Shown piece by piece: positions 25,290 to 38,339 of a stretch of 64,000 nt of DNA. The stretch comes from Chiloscyllium plagiosum. Its lineage: Eukaryota. Location of the stretch: NCBI RefSeq assembly GCF_004010195.1, contig NC_057758.1, forward strand, positions 5,632,936 to 5,696,935, read 5' to 3'. A model generated the notes under the pieces. It was not told the DNA's origin and ran no database searches. It was given only the letters and a program-made list of their open reading frames with translations. The first letter of the stretch is position 1, and each line of letters starts with the position of its first letter. Made by a program: the position numbers and the translations under genes.

Positions 25290-27400
25290 GTTTGTAAACC
25301 GACAGAGAGAATGCAGAAACAGGGTTCACGTGAAAGGAGTTTTCCAAATTCAAAGAGAAAATGTGAAACATCGGGCAAACATGGGGATTTGGCTGAATAT
25401 GAGCACACAGGGTGGAGCGGAATTTAATTAAAATTGCGTATCAGCGCATAGGTTTGTGACGTGAAATTGTGGGAAAGAGTAAATTATGTGATTTCTCTGG
25501 AATGGACAAAATCTCTACAATAAGGTAGACTGATTTGTGCCACCTGAGATACACGGTTACAGGGTGAATAAAAGGTGGAACATAAATATTCAATGGCACA
25601 CAACGTTTTAGCGTCTTTGCCAGAATGAGAAAATCAGTATGGATAACACTGATAGTAATGTATAATAAAGATATGAGCGAGAAAGCATTTGGTCTCAGTT
25701 CATGAATTAATGTCAGTATGGATGTGAGTTCTGGCTCCTACCCGCCAAGGACTCACGCAGGAGAAAGGTTTTAGGGCATCTAACAGCATTTCATTGCTGA
25801 TCACTGCATTTAACTGGAATTCATTGGAATGTTTAACCATGGCATTGCAATAAGTTTGGGAATCCTCAATATTCGTATAATCTTGGACCATGACATTAGC
25901 AAGAGTAACATAGCTAAATGAGTTTTGGGAATGTTTCTGTCAGTGTCTCTTTGAATAACACATTGTGAAACTGGCTAGGGATGTAACTATCTCAGATCGA
26001 CCAATGTGTCATGAAACTGAGTGAATGAGTAATGTCACATGGTGAGATACCCTGGGAAAGTTTGATTACATGTAGTTTAAAGAAAAATAAAGTTTTAAAG
26101 AGAATCACAGAAAGCTACAACTAGAAATAAAATTGCCTTTTACACGAGTTTGAGGGGAAAACTGACGAAGGGAAACTGGCTAAACAGAGAAAAATGTATG
26201 TCTGCAAACGGGCAGTGGTAAAAATTTGAAGGAACAATGTAAATCACTCAACAAAATGATATTCCATTGAAGCAGACAAAACCTCAGCATGAAATTCCCA
26301 CTCGTCCCTCACTGACGCCAAAACGGATTCTCGTATATTATGAGGCTTGGAAGATCACCAAACATTAGATTAAAATCTGAAGTGAGGGAGTGTTTTAGGA
26401 ATAAATGTTAAAGGTATTGCATACCAGCAGGAGGAGGGTCGTGGCAAGAGTAATCATAGTCGGGGTATAATGACATACAGAGGAAAAGGTAGAAGTGAAG
26501 GTGCTGGCGGTGGTTTGAGTGTTACAGAGAGTCGCCAGGTCTGACGGTATTACAAAGCCAAAAGGAAATGCTGCAACTGGAGGTGTTTGCAGTGGTAGGG
26601 AAGGAAATATGTATTTTTATTTAAGCGTGTCACTGATTTTACCTGCCTTTTTTGCCCGAAAGCTAATCGCCCAGAGCGCAGCTCATTCGTGCCATATTGC
26701 TTTGGTCTGAGGTCACTGTGAGCCAGACCAGGTTAGAATGTCAGATGTCCATTTCTAAAGGAAGTAAGTGAACCAGATGAGTTCTTCCTACTGATCAACA
26801 ATGCTTTTATAGTGGCCCCAACAGAGTCTTGTTTAACCACAACATAATATCACAACTCCTACTCTCAATGCTCTGATCAAGGAAGAAACGGAACCCAAAT
26901 GCCCGCTTCACTACTCTATCCACCTGCAACGCCACTTCTAAAGAACTGTGCACCTGAAACCCGAGGTAACGTATTAACAACACGACCCTAATGCTAAAAC
27001 AAAACTGCCCTCGTTCCGTCCTGATTTGCTTCACTAAAATGGATCATTTCAAATTTATCGAATTGAACTCTGTCTGCTATTCTTCGTCCCCCTACTCCAA
27101 AAATGTTGTTAATCCTTATGGATCAAAGATAACCTTCTTCACTACCTACTATATTACCAATTTTAGTGTCACTCAAACTTACTTCCCAGGAAACCAAAAT
27201 TCTCATACAAATCATTTATCCAAAAGACAAATAACAATGGACCCACTACACCGCTAGGCACATGCCTCCAGTCAGCAAATCAAAACTTCTCGCACCACCC
27301 TCTGTCTCGACCTATCAAACCAATTTTATATCCGTTTGACTAGCTCCTCCTAGATGCCATCTCCTTTAACGTTGATCTGAACTGATTGCCCAGTCCTCCA
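25290..27400. repeat. Ancient duplicated block copy 2 (CR1-EN remnant, SINE, antisense CR1)
   Basis: Same order of parts and same SINE/CR1 junction (tgatcaacaatgcttttat.gtggc) as 11440-13620. Confidence 0.75.
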
Positions 27401-28480
27401 TACGGAACGTGAAACACGGAACACAGTACAATACAACCATTGATCCTACTCTAAGGTCAAACAAACCTGCATAGCTTTCATTTTACTATAATCTGTGTGC
27501 CGATCCAAGTGTCTATTAAATGTCCCTAACGTATCTGACTCTCCTCCCACCATTGACAGTGCAATTCAAATAAACACTACTCTGTGTAAAGAACAGAAAC
27601 CTGAAATCTCCCCGAAGCCTTCCAATAGTTATCTTCTTGTGAAATATATTTGTGCCATGGTATAAAATCGCTGACTACTCACTCTATCTGTACCTCTCAT
27701 CATCTTGTTCACCTCTATCAAGTGGCTCCAGAACCTTCCTCTCTTCAATCAGAATGGTCTTGGCTCCCTTAACCTTTCTCATAACAAATACCCCAGAGTC
27801 CAGGCAGCGTCATTGTAAAGCACGTCAGCACCCACTAAAAAGCTTCCACATCCTTTCTGTAATGAAGGAACTAGAACTGAAAGCAATTTTGCAAGTCTGG
27901 TCTTACCAGGTCTCGAGGGATCTACATCAAAACCACACCATTCTTAAACTCAGTCCCCCAGCTGATGAAAGCCAACACAGCATAAGCCTTCTCAACAACC
28001 CAATCCACTTGTGCGGCAATTTTGAGGGATCAATGTACATTAACCCCAAGATCCCTCTGTTACTACACACTATCAAGAATTCTGCCTTGAGCCCTGTAAT
28101 CTGGTTTCAAATTTGACCTTCCAAAATTAATCACTTCAACCTTTCCAACTGGAACTGCGTTTGCCACGTCTCAGCCCAGTTCTGCATCCTATCAATGCCC
28201 CGTTGCAACCTACAATAGCCCTACAAACTATCCACTACTTGATCCACCCTTATGTCATCAGCAAAATGACTAACCCACTCTTCCACATCTACATCCAAGT
28301 CATTTATAAAAATCACACAGCGCAGAGGTCCCAGAGCCGGTCCCTGCACACCACCACAGGTCATCGTGCTCCAGGCTGAATGCTTTCTCTCTGTTGCCAC
28401 TCTGTCATCTATAGGCCAGCTCGTTATGTATTCAGACAGCCAAATTTCCCTGTACCCCTTGCATCCGTAATTTCTGAACA
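27400..28480 (-). mobile_element. Old CR1 ORF2 3' half with 3'UTR
   Basis: Antisense QRDLG..VH.SLK and DVEA-like remnants; 3'UTR near 27410-27600. Confidence 0.75.
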
Positions 28481-30149
28481 GGCAATCAGCGTGTTTTGTA
28501 ACATTCTGAAAGAATTCAATATACAGACCCAGGAGGTTTTTTTTTTGGAGGAGGAGCTTACAGGGATAGACATGACCGTCGGAATTTACAGAGATAAAGA
28601 AAGGCAGTATCTACTGGCGACGTTTAGGGCTTAGAGTGTTAGGGATTTCTGAAGCTGACAGAGATAGGGAGCGTTCTGGAGGTGGTTACAAACAGAAGAA
28701 TGATCGAAAGGATATCACAAGGATCACTCATTCAGCACGGGGCAGGAGTGATGTATTGAATCCCCTATGCAGTCTCAGTAAAAACCAATCAACAGAGGTG
28801 AATGCATGTCCCTCACAAGCTGGTGGCAATGAAGCCGAGAGTGTTGCGTTTCCCTGCCAGTACTGTACCTATGCCCTGTTTTGTGGATCTGAATATAGCA
28901 GCCCGCTCACCTCCACATGCTGTCTCCTGTGAGTGATCTTACCGACTGCAGGATTTACTGAAGATTCCAGATGTCACTCTCCATCTCTCTTTGGCTGAAC
29001 AACCGTCTTCCATGAGGGGATGGACGAGATGTTTTTGGGAATTCTGTTGATTCAAGAACGTTTTATGTACAAGCCGGAGACTGAGAAATAGGAAGAGTCA
29101 GAAATTAGACTGATGCAGTGAGTATTACATATTCAATGAAGACTGCTAACAGTCCTCAGTGAGGAGTGAGCTATTACATCAGGATGGGCTCATCTGGAAC
29201 TGTGCTGGGGCCAGTGCTCTGGTCAAACATATGACCATAATTATGCAGAGTCGATTGGACTGACATCGATGAGGAGAAGCACGGCTCAGGTGAAAGCAAA
29301 TTCCAAAGTCCGCAGGGAAATTTTGAAATATTGGAACACCATGGGGATACGGCTGAAGAAAGAAACAGGAATGGCCTGAGTTTCACTAAAATTGTACATG
29401 AGCAAATAAAGTTTGTGACGGGAATTGTGGTGAAATAGTAAGCTACTGTTTCTTAATTTGAATCATGAAGTTTCTGTAAAAAGGTTAATATGTGTATTGT
29501 AATTTCTATCTAATCAGGGAGATGTGGTCACAGGGTGAACATAAAGGTTGGGTATTAATATGCATGGATAAACAGCATTGTGGAAAGTCAGGCAGAGTGG
29601 GAAGCAGGATGGGGAGCTCTCATACTTAGGGATAACAATGGGATGAACAAAAAATATGTGGCCTCAGATTATTAATGAATATGAACGCAAATTATGGCTC
29701 AAACGTGTCAGAACACAGAAGTAGAAGGACACTGTTAATGCCACTTTACAGCATTGTATTGAGGTACTGCATAAAAGGAAAATATTGGAACTTGTGACAG
29801 AGGCACTGTGATAATTGTGACAAGATCCACTCTTCCCATATCATCATCTCATTGACGCTGAGTCACAGACGATGCTGTCTGTTCCCACTCGCAGGCAGAG
29901 TCTGGAGTTGACTGATAGACGGATGAGGAGATCTTCTTCTCCTGCTCCTTTGATGCTGCCTGACCTGCTGCGCTTTTCCAGCAACACATTTTTAAGCTCT
30001 GATCGACGGATGATGTCTTCCATAAACTCTGCTACATTTGGGGCAAAAGGTAGCCATGGGAAGGGATGGGTGTGGCGTTGGTGTGCTAGCGCACTCCTTC
30101 TGCTGTTTGCTCCTGGATTTCCTTTTATCCCCAACAGCAAGTCTTAAAG

Positions 30150-30900
30150 TGATCATTGGATCCCAATGGTCCAATGGCCCTGTGATTCACAAATGTCGAT
30201 TGGAATGCTTCACTTGCCCACTGAAGCCTTGATGGTATTGCTGGAGCACTTCGTCTGTCCACCTGGGGCTCGCCGGCCGTTTCAGAACTGGGAGTAGAGC
30301 ACCTGCTTGGGAGTGTCTCGTGTCAGTAATGGAGACGATGCACCCAGCCCATTTCAGCTGATAGGCGGCGGTGTGTTAATGCCTCGATTTTGGGGATGAT
30401 GGCCTGGTCGAGGACGCTGGAGTTCGTCAATCTGTCTTTCCAAATGATTCACAAGCTCTTGCACGGGCAGCATTGGTGGGACTTCTTCAGCACCTTGAGT
30501 ACCTTGCTTCAGACAGTCCACCTCTCCGAACCACATAGGAGGTTGGGTATCTCCACAGCTCAGTATAATATGAGTTTGTGGTTGGATCTGCTATTGTTGT
30601 CCTCGAACGCCCTTTCCCTCAGACGGCAGAGGGCGGTACTAGCACATTGGAGGCAGTGTTCGATCTCTTTGCAACACCTGCTATGGTCGACACGGTACTC
30701 CGGAGGGGTTAGAAGGTCCAAAGTCTCCCCTTGGACATTGATAATCGGGGATTCACTCTGCGATGCCGATGCCAGGTTAATTGTGAGCCTGTTTTGTGGA
30801 TGTTCAGGACGAGACCCACGTTATCATATGACCCTGTAAAGGTGCTGACAATGGTCTTGAATACACCCTCAGATAGCATCCACACGTAAAAACACCATCT
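30150..30900 (-). mobile_element. RTE-clade LINE 3' fragment
   Basis: Minus strand gives a PKQVLYSQ..NGRRAPGGQ.K...TIKAS-like C-terminus typical of RTE/BovB-like ORF2. Confidence 0.75.
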
Positions 30901-31559
30901 CCGTACTGCAGCTCGATAACACTGATGGGGGGATTTTGGTTTTGGTTTTAAAGGTGTTGAGATTATGACTAATTCCTGTTAGGACTGGAGTTTATCATGA
31001 CTACAGCGGGAAGCTTGGGGGCGGTGACGTGAAGCATTGCAAAAAGGTAGATTGGGAACATTGATGGGACAATGCTTGACACTGGTCCAAACAGGGAATG
31101 GGTTGATGATGGAGCCATTGATCACTATTATTTATTCTCATTCATCATTAACACAAGACTTGGAGCGTTGGGTGATAAGATGGAATTCAAATCGACAATG
31201 AAGATTCACACTGAGCACTCCAAGCTTCTCTAAATATCTGAAATTAAAAGAAAGCAAGCTACATGGGGATGAGGGGAGAATTGCCCAAGGTTAAAAGGAT
31301 AACCGGACTGAAATGCATGGCTCTAAATTAACAGCAAGAAAATCTTCAACGGAAGGACATTCCAATGACACGGACTAAACTTCAGCAAGAAAGACAAATC
31401 ATTGGACTGCAGCAATAATCGGATGGATTATCACTTCTCAGCAAAGAGTTGCCATTGTCTCGACACTAAAGTTTTGACTTGAACTGTGAACCTCGTTTCC
31501 GTTTCACATGACGGTGCACCTCCTGTTAATGTATCGCTCCTGAGACCCTTAAAATAAGC

Positions 31560-32450
31560 TTGTCAAGCTGCTGACCTATTCCTTAACTTTTTAAAAAATA
31601 ATGTTTTCAGAAAGCATTGGATACACATTAAGATTTTTAATAAGATTACAGAAAGAGATGTTGGAGATAGTACCTTAGAACGGATCAAAGATATGGCTAA
31701 ATAATAAAAACCAGAGAGTCGGGACAAGGAGATAACTTCAGGGTGGAACACTGTAACTCGGGGGCTGCCACAGTGAACAGAGCTTGGGCTGTAATTACCT
31801 CAAGTCGACATTAATTATTTTAACGAGGGAGGCGAATGCACCTGAACCAAGTTTTCAATGGCATTATGATAGTCTGGAAGACAAATCGTTTGGATCATGT
31901 AAAGATACTACAGAGGGACATTGAGAACCTATGTGAATGTGAAAAAAAATGGAAGTTGCGACATAATGTGGGGAAATTTGATGTTGTGCATTTTGACAGG
32001 AAAAAGAGAGTAGGTCAATTTTATAAAGTGGAGAAAGAATGCAGAACATTCTTGAACCGGGTGATTAGCGGGGCTCCATCCATGAAGTTCGAAAATACAG
32101 CATCCATGTGCAATGTTTACGAGGGACAGCAACTGGAACGTGAGCTTTATTTCAAAAGGAATGTCGTGTATAATTCGTGTGGGTTTGCTGAAATCGTACA
32201 ATGGACTGGTCAAACTACGTCTGGACATGGCAAAACTATTTAACTCTATTTAACCACGCAAATACATATTGGCATTGGAAGCAGTATACAGAGGATCGAC
32301 TGCTTGGCCTGAGCATGGAGGAATTCTCGTCAAAGCCGTGATTAAGTTAATTGAGCATGCACGATTTGGAGTTAGATGAATGAAAGCAGATCTTATCCTA
32401 ATGTACAATATTCTGACAATCGAGCACAATTCCAGTATCGATTTCCCTCA
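31560..32450 (+). mobile_element. Old CR1 RT/C-terminal remnant
   Basis: LQRDIENLCE..KW....NVGK..VVHF in ORF 31836-32243. Confidence 0.8.
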
Positions 32451-32459
32451 GTCGAAATG

Positions 32460-32720
32460 ATTTGGAGCACTGTACAGAGTTCTGATCTGCATACCACATA
32501 TTGCGAACACTTTGGGAACTCAGCATGCAGTTCTGCTCACCATATCCCTCACTTACATACAAAATTAAGCACGCTGAACATTTCTGGTCTCCGTATCGCT
32601 CGGCTAGATCACAGTTGGATCTCTGTGCACAGTACTGGATCTCCATGATCCTCTGTCAGAGATTACTGCAGAGTTATCTTCTCTCCGTCCTTCCGTTGGT
32701 GCACACGTGGAGCACGCCGG
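32460..32720 (+). repeat. Short degenerate array of the CR1 'LEYCVQFWSP' motif
   Basis: 4-5 variants: ttggagcactgtacagagttctgatct, gcatgcagttctgctcaccat, gaacatttctggtctccgtat, gcacagtactggatctccat. Confidence 0.6.
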
Positions 32721-32934
32721 ATAATTCTGTTTTCAATATTCCTCTATTTGACAACACTGCACTGTTCTCTTCGATGTATCCTTGCTTCGGCCTATTTTGA
32801 GCACAGACTGTTTATAACAATGAATCCTAATAATAATGTTTTCTATTTTCCAGGTTTCTACAACGGATGTAAAAGTTCGGAGCAACGTGTAAGCATGCCT
32901 ATTGTAGCGGAAGTGAGACTACACTGAAAGGGTT

Positions 32935-33390
32935 ATGCATCTCCGGCATGTTCTACTGTTTGAAAAACTGAGTAAGAGAAAACAGAGTGTGTCACAGAGC
33001 GAGGCATTACTGAGGTCCGACTGATGCTCGCTGCCAAATCTATGATTCGGGTTCTGCTCCATTCCATCGAATCGATAGCATTATCATCCACTGCGTTCAA
33101 AAAGATTAAAATAAAGCTCGATGCATTGATCACTGCATCCTGTCTGACTCGTATTTCTCACTGGAATCAGGGTGTTCTCAGCATTATGTGGAGCGTTTGG
33201 GGTGTGGCTGGATGGTGGTAGTGTGGAGGGGAAATCAGTAAGTCGAAATTCCCTCGTTGATATCTTGTTTCTCGTTTTCCATTCCAATGACCGTGTTATC
33301 GCTCAGTGCCAAACTTCCAGAGGCAAGCAACAACATTGCTTCTTCTAACCAGCCAAAACTCGAAGGACACACTCATCACGACGTCGAGAG
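32935..33390 (-). pseudogene. Weak candidate Ig C1-like remnant
   Basis: Across frames: SNVVACL..., LEWKTRNK...TDFPST, SMEWSR and SVTHS. The span is longer than a normal domain. Confidence 0.25.
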
Positions 33391-33439
33391 ATATCGTGTC
33401 CCATCAGAGGGACGGTGTGTCTGCAACCCTTCGCACCGT

Positions 33440-34040
33440 TGAACATTCAGTACTAAAGAAAATGGCATTGTCAGAGTGCCAGGGAGAAAAGAGTGTCACA
33501 TGGTCGGTGTTAACGAAGTGGACTCTGTCAGAGGGTCCGACCTGACCTGTCAGAGACTTAGTGTTGACGATGGAAGCACTATTGCATGGTCAGCCCTGAG
33601 AATGTGGGCATTGTTCGAAGGTCATTGTTGAGGAAGTGGGCTCTGCCAGAGGGTTTGTGTTGAGGGAGTGTTGCATTGCTGGAGTGTCAGCGCTGAGGGA
33701 GTTCCATTGTCGGAAAGGCAGTGTTACAACAGTGCCACCCTGGAAAAAGGTCAGTTCCGAGAGAGTAACACACTGTCAGACGGTCCGTGCTAAGGGAGCT
33801 CTGCACTGTGGAGGGTCAGTGCTGAGGGATCTTCGCACTATCGGAGGTTCAGTGCTGAAGAATTGCAGTCATGTCAGAGGATTAACGCTGAGGAAGCTCC
33901 ACAATCGGAGGATCATTGCTGAAAGAGTGGGCCCTGTCACAGGATCAGGGCTGAATGAGTGGCACACTGTCGGAAAGTAAGTACTGAGGGAGTGCCGGAC
34001 ATTCGGAGGTTCAGTGCTGAAGGAGTGAGCACTATCTTGG
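33440..34040 (+). repeat. ~33-bp minisatellite (gtgctgagggagtgctgcactgtcggagggtca)
   Basis: Many degenerate tandem copies. Confidence 0.85.
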
Positions 34041-35294
34041 GAGGTGGGGGGCAGTCTTAATGGAGTACAAGACTGTTGGAGGGGCTGTGCTCCCAGTGGC
34101 GTGAATCTGTGGAATTGTTTACCACAAGGAGGAGTCGGGTCTGGGTCAGTCAGTACATTAAAGGCTGAGATGCAGAGACAGATGTTTAATCAGGAAGTGA
34201 ATCGTGGGTTAACGGATAGAAACAGAAACTGGAAGCAAGGATGATCAGATGAACCACGACACATTGAATGGCTGAGCAATCTTGATCGGCTGAATGGTCT
34301 ACTTCTGATTCGGTGTTCCTTCTCCGCAAGGAACACATGTATTTCCCAAATCTTTGTGTAGACATCTGCCTGTGATCCTGTGTAGGAATGGGTTTCATGA
34401 TCAGCAGTTTCAACCACTGAAATTCAGATGCAGATTTTGAAGTGCCAAGGTAGTAAGATGGAACATACCCAGATTGTATCAAATGTTAATGAAATAAGGA
34501 AGGCACTCAAATTCGTGGGACATACTCAAACCAATGATGCCCTTCCTTCTCTATCTTCATACGGCATCAACCAAAGTCCATAGAAGTTACACAATCAGCC
34601 CTTTGTCAAAGTGGGACAGCAGTGAGTTAACACTATGCAGGTATCGTGAGGAGAGTCATTGCATGTCAGCACCACATCTCACTTGGCATTGTACTGTTCT
34701 GAAACCCGATCGCAGAGTCAGTATTTCCAGTTCCTTAATCCGAGAAAGTAGAACTCGCTCATCTTGTTGCAAACGTATTCAGTTCGGAACAACTCAGTTC
34801 CAGCGTCTTCGGAATGATCTTGTGCAGAAGCGCTTATTGCAGGACCCCATTGCTGAATAGCACTGTGCAAGATGAGACTTCAGACAGGACCTGTTCGTCT
34901 ACAAGCAAACAAGGTTAAGAAGGATATTTCATTCAAGTGTCTGAGTCAAGAAGGTTTACGAGCGGATTGAAAAACTATTGGAGAAACGACCAGCGATGGA
35001 GAATCTGGGATCAAATTTCAAAATCAGTATGATTAGAGCCTGAAATGAATTCGGATGGATGGCGATCCAAGGCAGACAGAAACAGAGTGAGAGAAACTGA
35101 GCAGAAGACCAACTGAAAGAGGTAGACTGGCATATAGAGTAAGAGATACAGAGTTCCAGACAGAGACAGAGAGGCAGTGGTTGAGCTCAAGACACACTGT
35201 GTGAGTACCAGAGAAAGAGAGATGGAGAGAGAAGGTGGGACAGACGAAGAGAATCAGGGAATGAAACAAAAAGTATGAAATTCCCACACACGTA

Positions 35295-37065
35295 AGGGAC
35301 ATAACACACGTCCTCCACCTCCTCCAAGCCTTCCAGTTCCCCGCCCCAACGCCTCATCTTCACCATGGACTGATGTCCCACGAAACCTCTAACCGCCATG
35401 ACTAGGGCCTCCAAGCCTTCCGTTTCTCCGTCTCCAGATGCCACGGCAGAAAATTTTCACTGACAAACTCATTCGTTTGGCTGAATTGGTCCTCACACTC
35501 AACCATTTCTCCTTCCAATCCTCCCATTTCGTCCAGACGAAAGGGGTAGCCCTCTGCACCAGCATGGGCCTCAGCTATGCCTGTCTCTTCGTCAGCTGCG
35601 TAGAACAGCCCATCTTCCGGAGTTACACCGGCAACACTCCCCACCTCTTCCACTGCGACATTGATGACTCCATTGGCGCCATCTCGTGCTACCGTGAGGA
35701 GGTCGATCAGTTCATCCACTTCATCCACACATTCTACCCCGACCTTAAATTCACCTGGACTATCTCTGACACCTGCGTCCCCTTCCCAGACCCCTCTGGC
35801 TCCATCCGCGAAGGCTCACTCAACACTGACAGTTTTTATAAACACACCGACACCCACAGGTTCCTGGATTACACCTCATCCCACTCTACCTCTTTCAAGA
35901 ATGCCACGTGGTATTTCCCATTCCTCCACCTCTGCCGCATCTGCTCCCAGCAGGGCCAGGTCCACCACAGTAAACAAAAGATGACCTCATCCCTTGAAGG
36001 CTCATATTTCACCTACCATGTGTTTGAAGATGCCTTCCACAGCATCTCATCCACCATCCGTACCTATGATCTCGACGCCCACCCCGTCAACCGCAACAAG
36101 GACAGAACACACCCAGTCTTCACTTGCACTCCACCAACATCCGCATAATTCACATCATCCACCGAAATTTGCGCCACACACAAATAGACCTCACCACCAG
36201 GGATATATTTCCCTTCATACCGCTATCTGCGTTCTGCAAAGACCGTTCCCTCCGGGACTACTTTGTCAGGTCCATGCTCCCTAATAAGCTAAACTCCACT
36301 CCTGGCACATTCTCCTGCTACCTCAGGAATTGCAACCCCTCCTCCCACACCACGCTCCTTAGCTCCGTTCAAGGCCCCAGAGGAGCCTTCCACTTCCATC
36401 AAAGTTTTACCTGCAGTTCCACATGCCATTTTATGTATCCGTTGCTCCTGTTGCAGTCTCCTCTACATTGGCAAGACCGGGCGCCTTCTCGCAGAGTGCT
36501 TTAGAGAACATCTCTGGGACACCTGCACCAATCAATCCCACCACCCTGTGGCCGAACATCTCAACGCCCTGTCCCACTCCAACGAGTATATGCAGGTCCT
36601 GGGCCTCTTCCATCGCCACTCCCTCACCACCCGACGCCTGGAAGAAACACACCTTATATTTTGCCTCTGGACCATTCAAACCGAGGGCATCAATGTGGAT
36701 TTCACCTGTTTCATCATTTTCCCTGCCCACCACCTTACCCCAATTCCAAATGTCCAGCTCAGCAAAGCCCTCGTGATCTGTCCCACATGTCAATCTTCCT
36801 TCACACCCATCCGCACCACCATTGTCTCCGATCTATGAACTTTACACCCTCCTCTATCCAACTATTGCACTCTCAGCCACCTTCCCCTCAGCTCCAACTT
36901 GCTCTCATTTATCTCTGCACCTCCGAGGTTTCCAGTCTCATTCCTGACGGCTCCGAGCCGAAACGTCGATTTCCCTGTTCCCCGGATACTGCCTGACCTG
37001 CTGCGCTGTTCCAGCAATACACACTGAATTCTGATGTCCAGTATCTGCAGAACTCACTCTCTCCA
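35295..37065 (+). mobile_element. Penelope-like element (RT plus GIY-YIG), disrupted, inserted in a GA-rich tract
   Basis: LIRLAELVLTLNHFSF..QTKGVA..MG.SYACLFV, DIDD, LKFTW, YIG.TG..LAECFREHL; terminal repeat at 36940-37065. Confidence 0.93.
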
Positions 37066-37609
37066 ACAGACAAATAGTGACGGACAGAGAGAAAGGCAGA
37101 GTGAGTGACAAATTAAAGAGGGAGACACAAGATCAGAGAAAGATGGAAGATAAGAGAAAGGCAAGTGATAGACGAGAGAGTAGGAGATACCTAAAGTGAT
37201 AGAATGGGAAGATGGTACAAGACAGAATGAGAGAAACTAGGTGAGAGATATCGGATTCTTAGCTCATATGACCAGTCCATTTATTTCTGGTCTCTTCCTG
37301 GTACCAGGATGGAGGGCTCCACTTGTCACTTGACCCTTGCTGTGGAACTTTTGGAGATCATACCCGTGGACCTGGGATTGCAATTGGTGTCTGATTCATT
37401 TTACCCTTTATGCTGTCCAGTCTCGGAGGACCTGACAAGAACATGACGCTTATATTCTTTTTCGTCCTTGGACTCCTGGAACTGTTTCAGTTCATTGCTA
37501 TTTATTTGAAATGGCAATTCTCAGTTGGATTAGACCAATCGACCCATCGAACCTGAACAATCGCTCAGCCTGAAACTGGCAAGTTTAAAAAAAGGACAGA
37601 GAGAGGGAA

Positions 37610-37770
37610 ACACACACACACACATTGTCAACAGAATCACCACACACACAAGCACTCACACACCCACACCCAGACACAAACAGATACATACACATACACG
37701 CACACACACATCCATAAACACACACACACAAATACATACGCTCACACACATCCATACACGAACACCTACA
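37610..37770. repeat. Degenerate (CA)n microsatellite
   Basis: Direct inspection. Confidence 0.9.
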
Positions 37771-38339
37771 AACGTCAACAGCAGAAAAAGCTAACTTGGT
37801 CCATTGCACCGTCTTGAAACTTCGACATGATCAGTACTGATCCTGCCATTTATGGAATGACGGGCAGAGACACAAAAAAGACAGATGAAAATAATTGAAT
37901 TCGATATCTGCATGGAGACTGGAGAACAGAACACGTGAGAGACAGAGGTTTGTTGGAACAGCTCTGCAGCAGTTTAGAGTTTGTTCGCTTAACCCCTTTC
38001 ATTCTCAATCTGTCCTGTTCAAGAAATCATGCTCAGAACCAAAACCTTTGGACACTTTAATGGGTGTTTGTTTGTAAAGATGGGCCATCGAATCGTGTAA
38101 CTGCCACAGCTGAACCAAACAAGAACTAACTTGAACTGGAAAAAAATGACCCTTGCACTAAAAATGTTCAACTCGGATTTTCATGGTCTCAGCGGCACCT
38201 CTGCCTTCACGAGCTCTCTTTTAAGAAAAAAGACAAAACGACAGTCACGGAGTAGATCAGTGCGCCGCGGATGCAATCTTCCTTGCGGAAGGCTAACAAG
38301 GGACGGGAGGGTAACATGTAACTCGTGGTGACAACACTC

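Noticed and set aside
34690..34830. TRIM-like coiled-coil reading LQQDERVLLSRIKELE (minus strand)
   Set aside because: Short, needs a frameshift, and I noticed no RING, B-box or PRY-SPRY exons elsewhere in the window.
37250..37575. WYQ motif in unique sequence
   Set aside because: It arises on both strands from the palindrome cctggtaccagg, and other V motifs are not convincingly placed.
38205..38285. LIYSVTVVLSFF resembling an Ig transmembrane exon (minus strand)
   Set aside because: Too short; lacks the rest of the conserved TM motif and clear splice sites.
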